A stretch of 63,989 bases of DNA, filler included, from Barthelona sp. PAP020 (lineage: Eukaryota): assembly GCA_040182905.1 (NCBI GenBank). It is 3 parts of 3 records of this genome, joined end to end, with 100 filler letters (N's around TTAATTAATTAA, not from the genome) between each part and the next. Parts side by side here need not be neighbours in the genome. Positions count along the whole stretch, not along the records: positions 23,925 to 47,506 come from JARQWU010000164.1; positions 47,607 to 63,989 come from JARQWU010000262.1; 1 more part is not named here. The stretch is one strand, 5' to 3'. Under the pieces are notes generated by a model. That model was not told the origin of the DNA, did no database searches, and saw only the letters and a program-made list of their open reading frames with translations. Every line of letters begins with the position of its first letter. Within the stretch, counting starts at the first letter, position 1. A program made the position numbers and the translations under genes. Positions 43,454-54,212 of this stretch are shown piece by piece.

Positions 43454-44089
43454 ATGAATCTAAAACAAATACCAAACAACTCTAATTTGGAGAACTTTGG
43501 TCTTGAAGCTTTAAATAGAATGTTACATGAACCAAAATTTTCGGATTTACGTCAAGTTATTATATCACCTGATCAATCAAAATTATCGCAAGATTTTTAT
43601 CATCATCGAATTGCTGCATCAGGTAGAAATGTTAGAATACCGTATGGTAGTTATTTACAACAAACATATCAATTGAGTGATTGTTTTGCGTTGAATCGAC
43701 CTGTTTTAGATGTAAATAAATTTGACCAATTATCGATAGAAGTATTAGTGTATATTTTTTGCTCTTGTCCAAGAGATGTTTTACAATTGTTTGCTGCTCA
43801 ATCTTTGCAAAAGAAAAATTGCAGATATCATAAATATCTGCAAAATTGGATTGTCGGAAATCCAGGTAAAACAGATTTTTGGTCATCCAATGAAACATTT
43901 GGCAGGAAGAATACTTTTTGCATTTTTGACATCACAAAATGGGAAATTGTCGAAGAAAGTTTAGTTTTAGAGAGAGATCAAATAGAAACAGTGGAAGAAT
44001 TACAGAATTTTATTTCTCAACACACAATTACAAAAGATGAGTATTTTTTAAATCAACAATTAATTTTATCTTTAAATAATGATAAATAG
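43454..44089 (+). CDS. CCR4-NOT subunit NOT2-like
   Basis: FGL.AL, L.YIF...PRD.LQL.AA..L....RYHK and FD...WE motifs. Confidence 0.85.
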   Translation: MNLKQIPNNSNLENFGLEALNRMLHEPKFSDLRQVIISPDQSKLSQDFYHHRIAASGRNVRIPYGSYLQQTYQLSDCFALNRPVLDVNKFDQLSIEVLVYIFCSCPRDVLQLFAAQSLQKKNCRYHKYLQNWIVGNPGKTDFWSSNETFGRKNTFCIFDITKWEIVEESLVLERDQIETVEELQNFISQHTITKDEYFLNQQLILSLNNDK

Positions 44090-44203
44090 ATTAATTATTT
44101 TAGTTATTAAATTTTAAAAAAAAAATGAATCAAAAGAAAATTAGAAACAACAATTATTCTTGAAAAATTTTTTGTGGTTCCATTTCTTTTATTGTTAGTA
44201 TGC

Positions 44204-44860
44204 ATGATTTTCCCAATAGATTGTCAAGATTCTGTCAATAAGGAACAGTTTTTACCCATTGCAAATGTTTCTCGGGCAATGAAAAAGAATTTACCCAATT
44301 CCGTGAAAATTTCGCGAGAATCTAAAGAATTAGTTCAAGAATGTGCATCTGAATTTATTTGTTTTGTTACATTTGAAGCTTTAAACAGATGTAATGATGA
44401 ACAAAGAAAAACGATAACTTCTGATGATGTAATTCTTGCAATGAACAGTTTGGGATTTTTGAGATATGTAAGGTTATTAAAAGTTTTTGCAAACTCTCTA
44501 AAAATTACCAAGCCTAATAGTCAACTGATTTTTCAATGCAATAAAATCAAACAAGAATTAAATGAACAAAATGAATTGTTTTTATCAGAGTTAACTCAAA
44601 ATGCACCAAAATATGATAAAAATATGTATTTAGAAAACAATCAATCAAAAATTGTACCCAAAGATAGTTATTCAATGTCAATAGTCCCTGATTGTGATGA
44701 CATTTTGTCAAAAATGGATGATGTGAATCCCAATATAAATTTCTCATCACTCACACCCAGCTTTCCTTCTATTCCCACAATTGATGAATTTTCAATTGCT
44801 AGTCAAGTCAACATTCAAACAACACAGCCTCAATATACTCCATATCATTCTAATGTTTGA
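44204..44860 (+). CDS. NF-YB histone-fold transcription factor subunit
   Basis: EQFLPIANVSR.MK..LP...KIS.ESKE.VQEC.SEFI.FVT.EA...C..E.RKTI..DD. Confidence 0.9.
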   Translation: MIFPIDCQDSVNKEQFLPIANVSRAMKKNLPNSVKISRESKELVQECASEFICFVTFEALNRCNDEQRKTITSDDVILAMNSLGFLRYVRLLKVFANSLKITKPNSQLIFQCNKIKQELNEQNELFLSELTQNAPKYDKNMYLENNQSKIVPKDSYSMSIVPDCDDILSKMDDVNPNINFSSLTPSFPSIPTIDEFSIASQVNIQTTQPQYTPYHSNV

Positions 44861-45190
44861 TATTTCAAGTGTAATAAAATTTTAAATTTTCTATTTTATT
44901 TGTTAAAAAAATTTTTTGATATTAGTGAGATCATAAAGGAAGCATGTTTTGTTAACAAAAACAAAGAAATGGTTCAAATTTTTAACTAAATTAGTGCATT
45001 TTCAAAAGTAAATTCTATTTTCTTCGTGCAATTGGCCATTTGCCTTTTGCATTATAGTACGCTTTTTTTAAATACAATTTATTAATTATTGCCGATGTAA
45101 ACTTTTTTGAGAACAAAATTATTCTTTGACAATTTATTTTTTTGTGAATTCATTTGTTTTTTCAGATCAAATACACAATATTGTCTATTA

Positions 45191-47380
45191 ATGTCACAAT
45201 TTAAGATAACTCCGTTGGGAGCAGGTTGTGAAGTAGGAAGATCATGTATTTTAGTAGAATATCTGAACAAAAGGATTTTGTTAGATTGTGGAATAGCACC
45301 TGCAATGCATGGATTTGCTCAATTACCATTTCTTGAGTTTATTGAAGATTTATCCACTATTGATTTTGTATTAATATCCCATTTTCATTCAGATCACATT
45401 GGTGGTGTACCTTATCTTTGTGGAAAAACTAATTTCAAAGGTTCAATTTTTATGACATATGTTACGAAAGCAGTTTATCAACAATTGAAGCATGATCCTG
45501 CAAATCTTTTAATTGAGGATGAACCTTTATTTGATGAAGCAGATTTTCAAAAATCATTGGATTGCATTAAAACTGTTGATTTTCATCAAGTTGTTGAGTT
45601 TTGCGGGTGTAAGATATGGTGTTATCCCGCTGGTCATGTTATTGGTGCATGTATGTGGATGTTGGAAATAGGAGGGTTCAAATTATTATATACCGGTGAC
45701 TATTACCCTGAGAACCCTGATAGACATTTGAAAGCTGCCGAAATACCACCTTTAGCACCTGATGTATTGATTGTGGAGGCTACTTATGCAGATGGTGGAA
45801 AGGCTCCTTCACAAAAGGAACGAGAAATGCAATTGTTTGAATGGTTGATTGAAACAATAAAATTAGATGGAAAAGTATTGATTCCTACCTTTAGTATTGG
45901 ACGTTTACAAGAAATTTTACGAATTTTGATCTCTTTTTGGGAAACAGAACCATTGTTTGAAGATATACCAATATATTATGTTTCTGGAGTTGCTAGAAAA
46001 TGTATGCCGTTATTTGAAGCCTTTTGTTTGGCTCAAAATGAAGAAATTCAAAATCAAGTTATTGCTGGGAATCCTTGGAGTATGCCACAAGTTAAATATA
46101 TGAATGATATTCGGGATATTCCGGATGATAAGCCATGCGTTGTTCTTGCTAGTCCTGGTATGATGCAATCTGGTGTTTCACATGAGTTATTTATTCGGTG
46201 GATGGATGGACATAACAATTTGTTGTTACTCACAGGTTATATGGTACATGGAACACCTGGTAAGTGGGCAGAAGAACATAGAAAAAAAGGGAAGGAAGCA
46301 TATTATGGATACAATGGAAAAGATGGTGTTCAATATAATAAAAGAATGAATATGCGTGTTGAGAAATTGACATTTAGTGCTCATAGTGACAAAGAAAAGA
46401 CAATTAACTTTATTGATGCTATTGGCGTTAAGAATGTTGTATTGGTTCATGGAAATGATAAGAATATGGACATTTTGAGGGACTTTTTTTTGGATCAAAA
46501 ACCAAAACTTGAAGTTTTCACCCCTAAATTGACGGAAACTTTGACCTTTGACAACTATAATAGAAATGAGTATTTTGTGGATATCACTGCGAATGAAACA
46601 TTGTTAGAGAATGACAATGAACCTTTTCCAAGTATCTTTTTTGATGATGGGTTTCAAAAAATTTTTGTTGACAATCAGACATTTAAAACGGGGGCATATT
46701 CATCAATTGTTGAGTTTGAAAATTATTTTAAGATAATCATTGAAAAAAAAGACACAGATACCAAGTTCTTTTTGAATTTTCTCAATCTAACGTTTCCCAA
46801 TTTCATAGAACAAAAATATGATGAAAAGACCAGGAAATTTTATGTAATTATTCATGATTCTGTCAAGATCACATTTCACAGTCTTTCTTTGGAAGTTGAA
46901 TGGAATTCTTCCGCAACATCAGATGTAATTGCACATACCATTATTGCTTTCGCCAACAGAAGTCCTTTTAGAAAACCAAGTGATAATGTGTTTGAAATGT
47001 GTGATATAAGCAAGATCAATTATGAGTATGTTGTTGATTTATTCACCTCTATTTTTGGAGATGAAAATTGTGAATTTAACAGCGAGAAGCAAACTTTAAC
47101 AGTTTCTATTGAAGAAGAAGTGATGGTACCAGTTCAACCAAAACACTTGGAAAATGAAGAAATTCAACCAAATTTAAAGATGCAACAATTTCAAAATCCC
47201 ATGCTTCAAGAAGTTTTGGATGATGAGAAAATTAAAGTGGATATTATTGAAGAAGTTCCAACAATTATTGTTTCTAAAGCTGTTATTGACATTCTTCAAC
47301 TCCAAGTTCAAAGCGATTCAGAAAAATTAAGAAATGAAATAAATATAGTCATTAACAATATTCGAAGTTCAGTTTCATAA
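45191..47380 (+). CDS. CPSF3: CPSF73/Ysh1 beta-CASP endonuclease
   Basis: PLGAG.EVGRSC, SHFHSDH, AGHVIG, YTGD, ASPGMMQSG.S and FSAH motifs, plus CPSF73 C-terminal LEVEW...SDVIA. Confidence 0.88.
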   Translation: MSQFKITPLGAGCEVGRSCILVEYLNKRILLDCGIAPAMHGFAQLPFLEFIEDLSTIDFVLISHFHSDHIGGVPYLCGKTNFKGSIFMTYVTKAVYQQLKHDPANLLIEDEPLFDEADFQKSLDCIKTVDFHQVVEFCGCKIWCYPAGHVIGACMWMLEIGGFKLLYTGDYYPENPDRHLKAAEIPPLAPDVLIVEATYADGGKAPSQKEREMQLFEWLIETIKLDGKVLIPTFSIGRLQEILRILISFWETEPLFEDIPIYYVSGVARKCMPLFEAFCLAQNEEIQNQVIAGNPWSMPQVKYMNDIRDIPDDKPCVVLASPGMMQSGVSHELFIRWMDGHNNLLLLTGYMVHGTPGKWAEEHRKKGKEAYYGYNGKDGVQYNKRMNMRVEKLTFSAHSDKEKTINFIDAIGVKNVVLVHGNDKNMDILRDFFLDQKPKLEVFTPKLTETLTFDNYNRNEYFVDITANETLLENDNEPFPSIFFDDGFQKIFVDNQTFKTGAYSSIVEFENYFKIIIEKKDTDTKFFLNFLNLTFPNFIEQKYDEKTRKFYVIIHDSVKITFHSLSLEVEWNSSATSDVIAHTIIAFANRSPFRKPSDNVFEMCDISKINYEYVVDLFTSIFGDENCEFNSEKQTLTVSIEEEVMVPVQPKHLENEEIQPNLKMQQFQNPMLQEVLDDEKIKVDIIEEVPTIIVSKAVIDILQLQVQSDSEKLRNEINIVINNIRSSVS

Positions 47381-47506
47381 ATTCTTTAACCTTCATTTTT
47401 TGAAAAAAAAAAATCACGATTCAAATAATTTACCGTGGCAATGGTGAGTATTTCCTTGTAAAAATGAATTAGACAGTCTCGTTTTCATCAGACTTAGCCC
47501 ACATAC

Positions 47507-47606
47507 NNNNNNNNNNNNNNNNNNNNNNNNNNNNNNNNNNNNNNNNNNNNTTAATTAATTAANNNNNNNNNNNNNNNNNNNNNNNNNNNNNNNNNNNNNN
47601 NNNNNN
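47507..47606. other. Artificial contig linker
   Basis: N44-TTAATTAATTAA-N44. Confidence 0.98.
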
Positions 47607-48599
47607 GATTATTCTTAGGAATATTTCATCAAGCTTCATCTCTTGTAGAAGTCTAGACCCATGCAAATAGAGAATGAAGAGGCAGGGAGAATTCTAACAT
47701 GGATGAATTTTGGTGGATATGTCATCGATACACAGCAATGAAAAGTTGGATTGGATACGATCCTATCTTAGCCTGGGAACATACATGAAGTTGAAAGTGG
47801 TGTTCCTGTTAAGGTTCTGTTGTCATGAAGGCATCGATAAAGGAGTATGTCAGCAGCAGAAAGATTCTATCGAGTCATCAATTACAAGCACGAAGAAGTA
47901 GGTGCGACCTGATGTTGAGAAGCGTAAGAAGAAGCTTTCATGAAAAGAGTAACATGAATAGGCATCGGGGTTGATGGATTGGTAAGAATCTAAAGATAGG
48001 AGAGTAGATGAAGTTGTAGAAAATATAAATAGAATAGTGAGCAGCCATAATCGCTTGGTGATCACAGGGGTTTCGAAAATTTGACACAATGAGAAGTTGA
48101 TACAGAAGTATTCAAAATCGAGAATACGTATCAATGGAACTACAACTTTAACTGTTACAGTTATCACAATATGGTTTGTTTGGTAGTACAGTGCAGTAGT
48201 CGAATGTGAACGACTCAGCTTCCTTCCTCTGGTTGGAAGATCTGTAGAATGCGTCGGATCGTGGTGAAGAGCTTCTATAGCATTACTGTAATTACCTAAA
48301 TGAATTGTAGATGGTTTGGGTGTATATGAGATGATTGAGGATTCTCATATATGGTTTGTTATGACTTAGTTCTGAGATTTTGGGATTCAATATCGTCCAA
48401 TCTTTCAATCAGAACTAAGTCATTTCAAACAGCCAGGATTCAAATTCAAGGGTTTCCCAACTATCCATTTCAATAACACCGTATATAAAAGCTTTCGTAT
48501 ACCTTTTCTTGTACCTAACGTGAAATAAAGCCTTTAATTTTACCCTTTCGTCTAACGTGAAGTTAAAGCCTTTAATTTTGTCCTTTCGTCTAACGTGAA
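47607..48599 (-). mobile_element. tRNA-His-downstream array: module A twice (48525-48599), then module C (from 48524) and its probable body running to the contig end
   Basis: Reverse complement: ttcacgttagacgaaaggacaaaattaaaggctttaac, ttcacgttagacgaaagggtaaaattaaaggctttat, then ttcacgttaggtacaagaaaagg... The 48430-48524 segment matches 63893-63989. Confidence 0.65.
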
Positions 48600-48604
48600 T
48601 TCAA

Positions 48605-48614
48605 AGACTCGATC
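48605..48614 (-). promoter_or_regulatory. External B-box-like motif downstream of tRNA-His
   Basis: GATCGAGTCT on the minus strand, 30 nt after the tRNA. Confidence 0.7.
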
Positions 48615-48644
48615 CTGTTACCTAATGTTTTCAATCTATAAACT

Positions 48645-48716
48645 TGCGCCAGGCTGGAACCGAACCAGCGCCTCCTCGGCCACAACGAGGTGTTCTACCA
48701 TTATACTACAGGCGCC
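48645..48716 (-). tRNA. tRNA-His(GTG), atypical, possibly decaying
   Basis: (G)GCGCCTG..CCTCG-TTGTGGC-CGAGG..GCTGG-TTCGGTT-CCAGC-CTGGCGC-A. Confidence 0.88.
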
Positions 48717-49252
48717 ACAAAAAAAAATTTATTGGTTAAAATAAACTTTCAATTGATCCTGAGAAATCTTTCAAAAAAAAGCTAATTAATAACAAGACAA
48801 ACTTCTTCACATAATTTCAACAAAGAAGAAATTAATATGATAACTGAAAAAAAATGCACTTATTCAAAATCTTATTGAAAAGTAATCACTCTTTGGTTCG
48901 TATAAAACTCAGCTAAACAACTTTTTGTAAAAAACCCCCTAGGAGTTAGAGAGAGAGAAGAAATAAGATATTGAAGATCAAGCAGATAACATTAATGTGG
49001 AAGTTCATACTCAATGAACGGAATTTATTGGAGATATAAAGAGGTCATCAAATATCACTTCCTTTATTTGTTGTTTCTTGACCACCTTTAGGTCCAATTT
49101 TTTTAAGTTACTTGGGCATCTGAATCCACATGAGTTTTTCCCAAACCTTAAGCTAACTCGTTTCGTTGTTTACTGAACAACTCATATCTCATAAATATCT
49201 AATAATAACAAAAATAATTTTCTCATGATAAATACTAAATTTCTTTTGGTAA

Positions 49253-49312
49253 AACAAATCAATCGGGGCTCGAAAGCCTTCAACCAAATATATTCAATTT
49301 TTTCTTATTTAA
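49253..49312 (-). repeat. Fragment of the ~320-bp dispersed repeat
   Basis: atcaatcggggctcgaaagccttcaaccaaata is the reverse complement of the tatttggtt.aaggcttt.gag.cccgattgat segment. Confidence 0.7.
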
Positions 49313-49650
49313 TTATTCTAACGAAGCTTCTTGATGGACAAATACCTTGAAAGAATGAAAAACAGAGAGATTGTTCATTTTTCTTTTATGCTTTCATTTT
49401 TAATTTGGAACAGTTTTGTTAAAATTTAAGCAGATCGCCTATTTCCAAATTTTATTTAAAGCATCTGCAGTTTTTAAAGAAAGTAATTTATTTTTTGATT
49501 TTTTTGATGTTAAATTGTGAGTATGAAAGCACAAAAAACAGCATTATTTAGCATCAAATAAAATAAATGTTTTATTGCACAGTTATTTCGATAAGAAATT
49601 TGTTTTTGTAATTATTTTTTATTTCTTTTGAATAGCATTTGATCTTATTG

Positions 49651-51099
49651 ATGAGTATTCCAGATACAAGGGAAAGATTGGGATCATATTTAAGATATGT
49701 CACCGAAACAACACAGAGAAATCAAGAAGAAGATGATGACAAAGAAGTTATCAAACCAAGAGGTTTTATACAGATTATTCAACCAGAAATGATGAATTTT
49801 GAGTTGAAATATTGCAATATATTAGACAGAGATAGAAACACTGTTGTGACAAATCAATTTTTCAATAAAATGTTGAATATTCAAAAAAAATACCGTAATA
49901 AACCAATTGAAAATGGAACAGGAGAAACGTATCAATTTACAAAGATTGAAGATGTTGGGAGTAATGAAGCATATGTCATTGGAAGAATTTGTTTAAATCC
50001 GGAAATATTTGAAATGGAAGTCAGACCGTTAAGGTTGACTGTTGAATCATTTCTTTTCGAAGGTTTGAATCCAAACGGTATTAGATATCAGATGGACCTT
50101 TCTGCAATAGGTAATTATCATTTGTTTGCTGGTGAAATTGTCATTTTGAAGGTTAATAAATTCAACGACATATTCAAAGTTTCAGAAATAATTAGCGATT
50201 TCCGTGCTCCAAACATTCATGAAATTTCAGAAATTCATTCTTTGGAACAATTGCGAAGTTTTAATCTTCCAGTTGAAGATGATGGCGAACCCTATTTTTT
50301 AGCGGGTCAACATTTTGAGATTTGTCAGTTGTGTGGTCCTTTCAAAGATGATTTCAGTGATTTAAAAGCTGCTTTGAAGTCTATTTGCAATTTAAAGACT
50401 CAACCAATTACATGGCCAGATTTAATCATTGTACATGGTCCTATGACAAAGAGCAATGATATTGAATACTCAATTCGTGACATAATCAGTGAGATACCCA
50501 ATTTTGAAGGTGGTCCAGCAAGAATTCTATTTCAGCCTGGTATCAATGATTCAGTTTTTAATAATATCGCTTTTCCCACGTTTAATACCATTCCTTCCTA
50601 TTATTCAGAAAGAGATTTCATTCAATTAAACCCTAGAATCCATGTAATTCCAAATCCCTGTGTCATTGATTGCAATGGCATCCCAATTGCCATTTCTTCT
50701 TTCTTCGGTATTGGAGATATGAAAAATAACAGTATTATGTCTGGTGTGAATCTTATTAATAGCTATTGTCAAAAAATTTTGGAACAGGCAAATTTTCATC
50801 CTGTGTTTCCTTCTTCTGATAAGGTTCCTGTTGATAGAAATCATATTGATTTGATGGAATTGAAGGTAAATCCTGCATTATTTTTGATGAATTCTGATAA
50901 TCGTCTGCCATCTTTTCTTTCTGAGACTCAGGATTGTAAATTTGTATTGCCAGGAAAATTGTTGAAAAAGAAAAATGACAAAGAATTTTTGGAAATTGGT
51001 AAAACAATCATCTTTCCTTTGAAAGAAAGTGAAATATCCTTTGAAAACAATATTTCAACTGATAGAATAAAAACATTTGTTGAAAAAATTGAAATATAG
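49651..51099 (+). CDS. POLA2: DNA polymerase alpha subunit B
   Basis: V.GRIC, LF.GEIV, GPF, PD.I...GP, IPNPC.I.CNG and ILEQ.NF.P.FP motifs. Confidence 0.8.
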   Translation: MSIPDTRERLGSYLRYVTETTQRNQEEDDDKEVIKPRGFIQIIQPEMMNFELKYCNILDRDRNTVVTNQFFNKMLNIQKKYRNKPIENGTGETYQFTKIEDVGSNEAYVIGRICLNPEIFEMEVRPLRLTVESFLFEGLNPNGIRYQMDLSAIGNYHLFAGEIVILKVNKFNDIFKVSEIISDFRAPNIHEISEIHSLEQLRSFNLPVEDDGEPYFLAGQHFEICQLCGPFKDDFSDLKAALKSICNLKTQPITWPDLIIVHGPMTKSNDIEYSIRDIISEIPNFEGGPARILFQPGINDSVFNNIAFPTFNTIPSYYSERDFIQLNPRIHVIPNPCVIDCNGIPIAISSFFGIGDMKNNSIMSGVNLINSYCQKILEQANFHPVFPSSDKVPVDRNHIDLMELKVNPALFLMNSDNRLPSFLSETQDCKFVLPGKLLKKKNDKEFLEIGKTIIFPLKESEISFENNISTDRIKTFVEKIEI

Positions 51100-51996
51100 C
51101 CTATAAATACACAGTTTTGTTTTGTTTTTGGCAAAATTTGATTATATATATATTTATTGTTTATGTACAATTGTAATGTAAAAATTTGCACTCAACATAA
51201 AATTAGTTTCATTTGTTTGTTGGTTTCTCTAAAATGAAGAAGGATTTTTTTTCTATTAATTGCTTCCATTTTCAAATCAATTTGTTTGATTTAAATTATA
51301 TTTATTCTATTGTATTTTTTGATATTTGTTTATTTGAAATATTTTGGATTTTCTTGGATTTTTCAGTTTTTTTTAATAATCCTTTCTCTGCATTCATTTT
51401 TATTCTTTGTTTCATTTTTATTATTTAATTTTTTGTTCAATTTAATTTTAAAATTTTAATATTTACCTTATTTTGGGAAAGATACAATAAATCAAAACCA
51501 TACAAAGACTGCCTATCTTCAATATTGAAACGTGTGTTCTTACACTTCTTTATTTTATTATCCATCAAAAAAAGTATCTTTTATTGATTATTTGGTTTGA
51601 TTTCGTACTTAGCAAAATTTGGTGTTGAGTTCTACTGACATTGATAAATGATTTTAATTTTTTAATTTCCCAATTGTGTTTTTTGTTAAACAACATAAAT
51701 TTTTTTGGGAATTTTTATTTGTAAACATACAAAAAAAAGAAACTCAATTTGAAAAGAAGATAGAAGCATTGTCTTTGCAAAACACTGTGTATCTGAATAA
51801 TAAATACAATATAACCAATCGAAAAAGAGTATATTTACAAAGACAAAACAAGAATCAAAAAAAAAAAATAAAAAATTTTATAAACTCAACTCACCGTGTA
51901 AATTAACAATCCAAAGTTATGGAACGAGAAGAGCTTCAATAGGAATTTTACAAAACAATTGATTTCAAAGGAAATTGCCATGAAAACAATTCATGT

Positions 51997-53148
51997 TCAA
52001 TTAAACATGTCGTCTAAATCTTTAAGAAACTGTTCACTCTTCTTATATTCATAATATTCAGAGTTTATTCTTAAAAATGTTCTCATTGAACCAACAATTT
52101 CATTTCTTTCACTTTCTGATTGAACAACAAACGACAACTCCTTACCATCTGTAAACAACATCTTAAATTCATTCTCCGTTTTTTTATCGTTTCTAAAATC
52201 CAAAACATCATCAAAATCAATCCATTGTAATCCTTTATTCGATCTAAAAGCAATTGAAAGATTTCTATTTTCAGCATTTTTGAATATGTACATCGTTATT
52301 TTGGATTCATCATTTTTGCTTGTGATAATCCATTTCCTCAATAGAATGTCATTGTTGCTCACATTTAAAATTTTTAGCACCTGCATCTCCTTTTGAGTTT
52401 CTTCAACCAAAGAATTCTGTCCAATGATAATCTTTTCTAATTCACTAATTTTAGCCGTCAAATTCTGAATTTTTTCAGTTGAAATTGCATATTTTGCTTC
52501 AGATTCCTTCTCACACAATTCTAACTTTCTTGTTAATTCTTTCACTTTCATCGTTAATCTGGCTGTCTCTTTACTTAATTCACTTGTAGCTTCAGCATGT
52601 TTTTTCTTCCAATATTCAATCTCAATGTTAGAAGTTTCGATCGATTCTTCTAATTCAAGCTTCATCTCATCAATTCTCTTGTCGAATTCATTGTTTTCAA
52701 CTTGATGATCAGAAATAACATTGGCTAAATTTCGTTTTGTTTCTCTTAATCCTCGTATTTCCTCAGTTAAATCAGAAATAAGTTCAAAAATATTTCCAAA
52801 TTCAGTTTTAATAAAAGGCAAAATGGTTTTTTGAAATTGTTTATTAGCACTCAATAAATCATGATTAGACATCGATAATATTTCACTTAATGTATACTCA
52901 CTCCCTTTAATAATACAATTGGGAGGTTCGTAATTCAATTCCTTAAATTTACTTTCAAAATATATTTGATCATTACTAATATCATCCAAAATTTGATTGG
53001 ATAAATCACTTAATCTTTGACTACTTCTATCATTTGATTGTTGATAATTTTTTTGTACTTGCTTGGATAATTGAGAATTTTGGGTTTTTAATCTTTCATT
53101 TTCTTCTCTTAGTTGTTGAATTTCTAAAGCATATCTTGGTTCAGTCAT
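51997..53148 (-). CDS. Coiled-coil protein with C-terminal PH-like domain
   Basis: Heptad-rich N-terminus; beta-rich C-terminus ending LSF...SE.ER.EIV. Confidence 0.65.
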   Translation of the reverse strand: MTEPRYALEIQQLREENERLKTQNSQLSKQVQKNYQQSNDRSSQRLSDLSNQILDDISNDQIYFESKFKELNYEPPNCIIKGSEYTLSEILSMSNHDLLSANKQFQKTILPFIKTEFGNIFELISDLTEEIRGLRETKRNLANVISDHQVENNEFDKRIDEMKLELEESIETSNIEIEYWKKKHAEATSELSKETARLTMKVKELTRKLELCEKESEAKYAISTEKIQNLTAKISELEKIIIGQNSLVEETQKEMQVLKILNVSNNDILLRKWIITSKNDESKITMYIFKNAENRNLSIAFRSNKGLQWIDFDDVLDFRNDKKTENEFKMLFTDGKELSFVVQSESERNEIVGSMRTFLRINSEYYEYKKSEQFLKDLDDMFN

Positions 53149-53210
53149 ATGTTCCTATATTTTAAAAAAATGTGATCAATCATCTTTCATTTCATTTCTT
53201 TTTTTTTCAA

Positions 53211-53816
53211 ATGGAAATTAAAGAACAATTTGATACTTTTAAACTTTCTGGAAACTCCCTATTTAGAGAAAATAATTTTGAACGTGCAATAGATGAATAT
53301 AATTCTGCTTTGTTGCTATACAATTTGACGGTTGATTTGAATATTGATTCAAATAATGATGAAATAACAGATGAAATAAGAAATAATTGTTCAATTGTTT
53401 ATTCGAATGTGTCACAATGTTATATAAAGCTAGAAATATGGAACAGAGCAATAGACACCGCAACAAATGCCATCACATTAGATGAAAATGCATGGAAGGC
53501 TTACAGAAGAAGAGCGTTAGCATATAAAAATTTGCAAAAATTTCCTGAATCACTTAAGGACTTTGAAGAAGCAGGTGCAAAATGTCCCAATAATGTGAAA
53601 GCTCAAATAATAAAAGAACAAATGGATACACAACAAGAATTTAACACCAAAACAGAAGAAATGAAGGAAGAAATGGTTGGCAAACTAAAAGATGTAGGAA
53701 ACAAACTTTTGGGAAAACTAGGTTTAAGTTTGGATAATTTTAAGCTTCAACAACAAAACAATGGAAGTTATTCCATTCAATTTGATAACAACGCAAATTC
53801 GAACTCTCAACAGTAA
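53211..53816 (+). CDS. TTC1: TPR protein TTC1-like
   Basis: Three TPR repeats and the characteristic EM.GKLKD.GN.LLG.LGLS.DNF.L......YSI.F C-terminus. Confidence 0.85.
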   Translation: MEIKEQFDTFKLSGNSLFRENNFERAIDEYNSALLLYNLTVDLNIDSNNDEITDEIRNNCSIVYSNVSQCYIKLEIWNRAIDTATNAITLDENAWKAYRRRALAYKNLQKFPESLKDFEEAGAKCPNNVKAQIIKEQMDTQQEFNTKTEEMKEEMVGKLKDVGNKLLGKLGLSLDNFKLQQQNNGSYSIQFDNNANSNSQQ

Positions 53817-53854
53817 AATAATAGTTCATAAATACATTAAAAACACTTTTATTA

Positions 53855-54105
53855 TTATCTAAATAATATATATACTGATAAAATAATGCAAATCAAAGAA
53901 ATTAGGGGAGATAATCTTTCACCAATTCTTGCAGCCTTCCAAACTATACCAGGAAAACCTTCTTTATTGCCATCTAGACTTTGAGGACTACTTTCATGAA
54001 AATAAGCTGCTGTACATATGAACAATGTTATGAGAATGCAAACATTAAAAAAACTGAAAATTCCAAACTAATATGTTAGGAACGTTAAAAAATATTTGAA
54101 ACCAT
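53855..54105 (-). CDS. TMEM167: Protein Kish (TMEM167), intron 54068-54102 directly after the ATG
   Basis: ATG, a 35-nt GT..CTAAC..AG intron, then FGIFSFFNVCILITLFICTAAYFHESSPQSLDGNKEGFPGIVWKAARIGERLSPLISLICIILSVYILFR*. Missed by the ORF track. Confidence 0.92.
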
Positions 54106-54212
54106 GAAATAATGGTCAAAAATACAAATGACAAGACAAATGAAAAAGAGGTCAAAAAGAAATAATTTTTTCCAAACTTTTTATTGACTCACAACCGTGG
54201 TTTTTTTATAGA

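Noticed and set aside
47710..48167. ORFs 47710-47901 and 47850-48167 as element-encoded proteins
   Set aside because: Short, non-ATG starts, and no RT, recombinase or transposase motif recognised.
48515..48599. CRISPR-like reading of the ~37-bp periodic TTCACGTTAG units
   Set aside because: The intervening sequences are near-identical rather than unique spacers, there are only three cores, and there are no cas genes in this eukaryotic context.
51213..51906. Short F/I/K-rich ORFs in AT-rich intergenic DNA, and antisense ORFs within genes
   Set aside because: Low-complexity or shadow ORFs without motifs.
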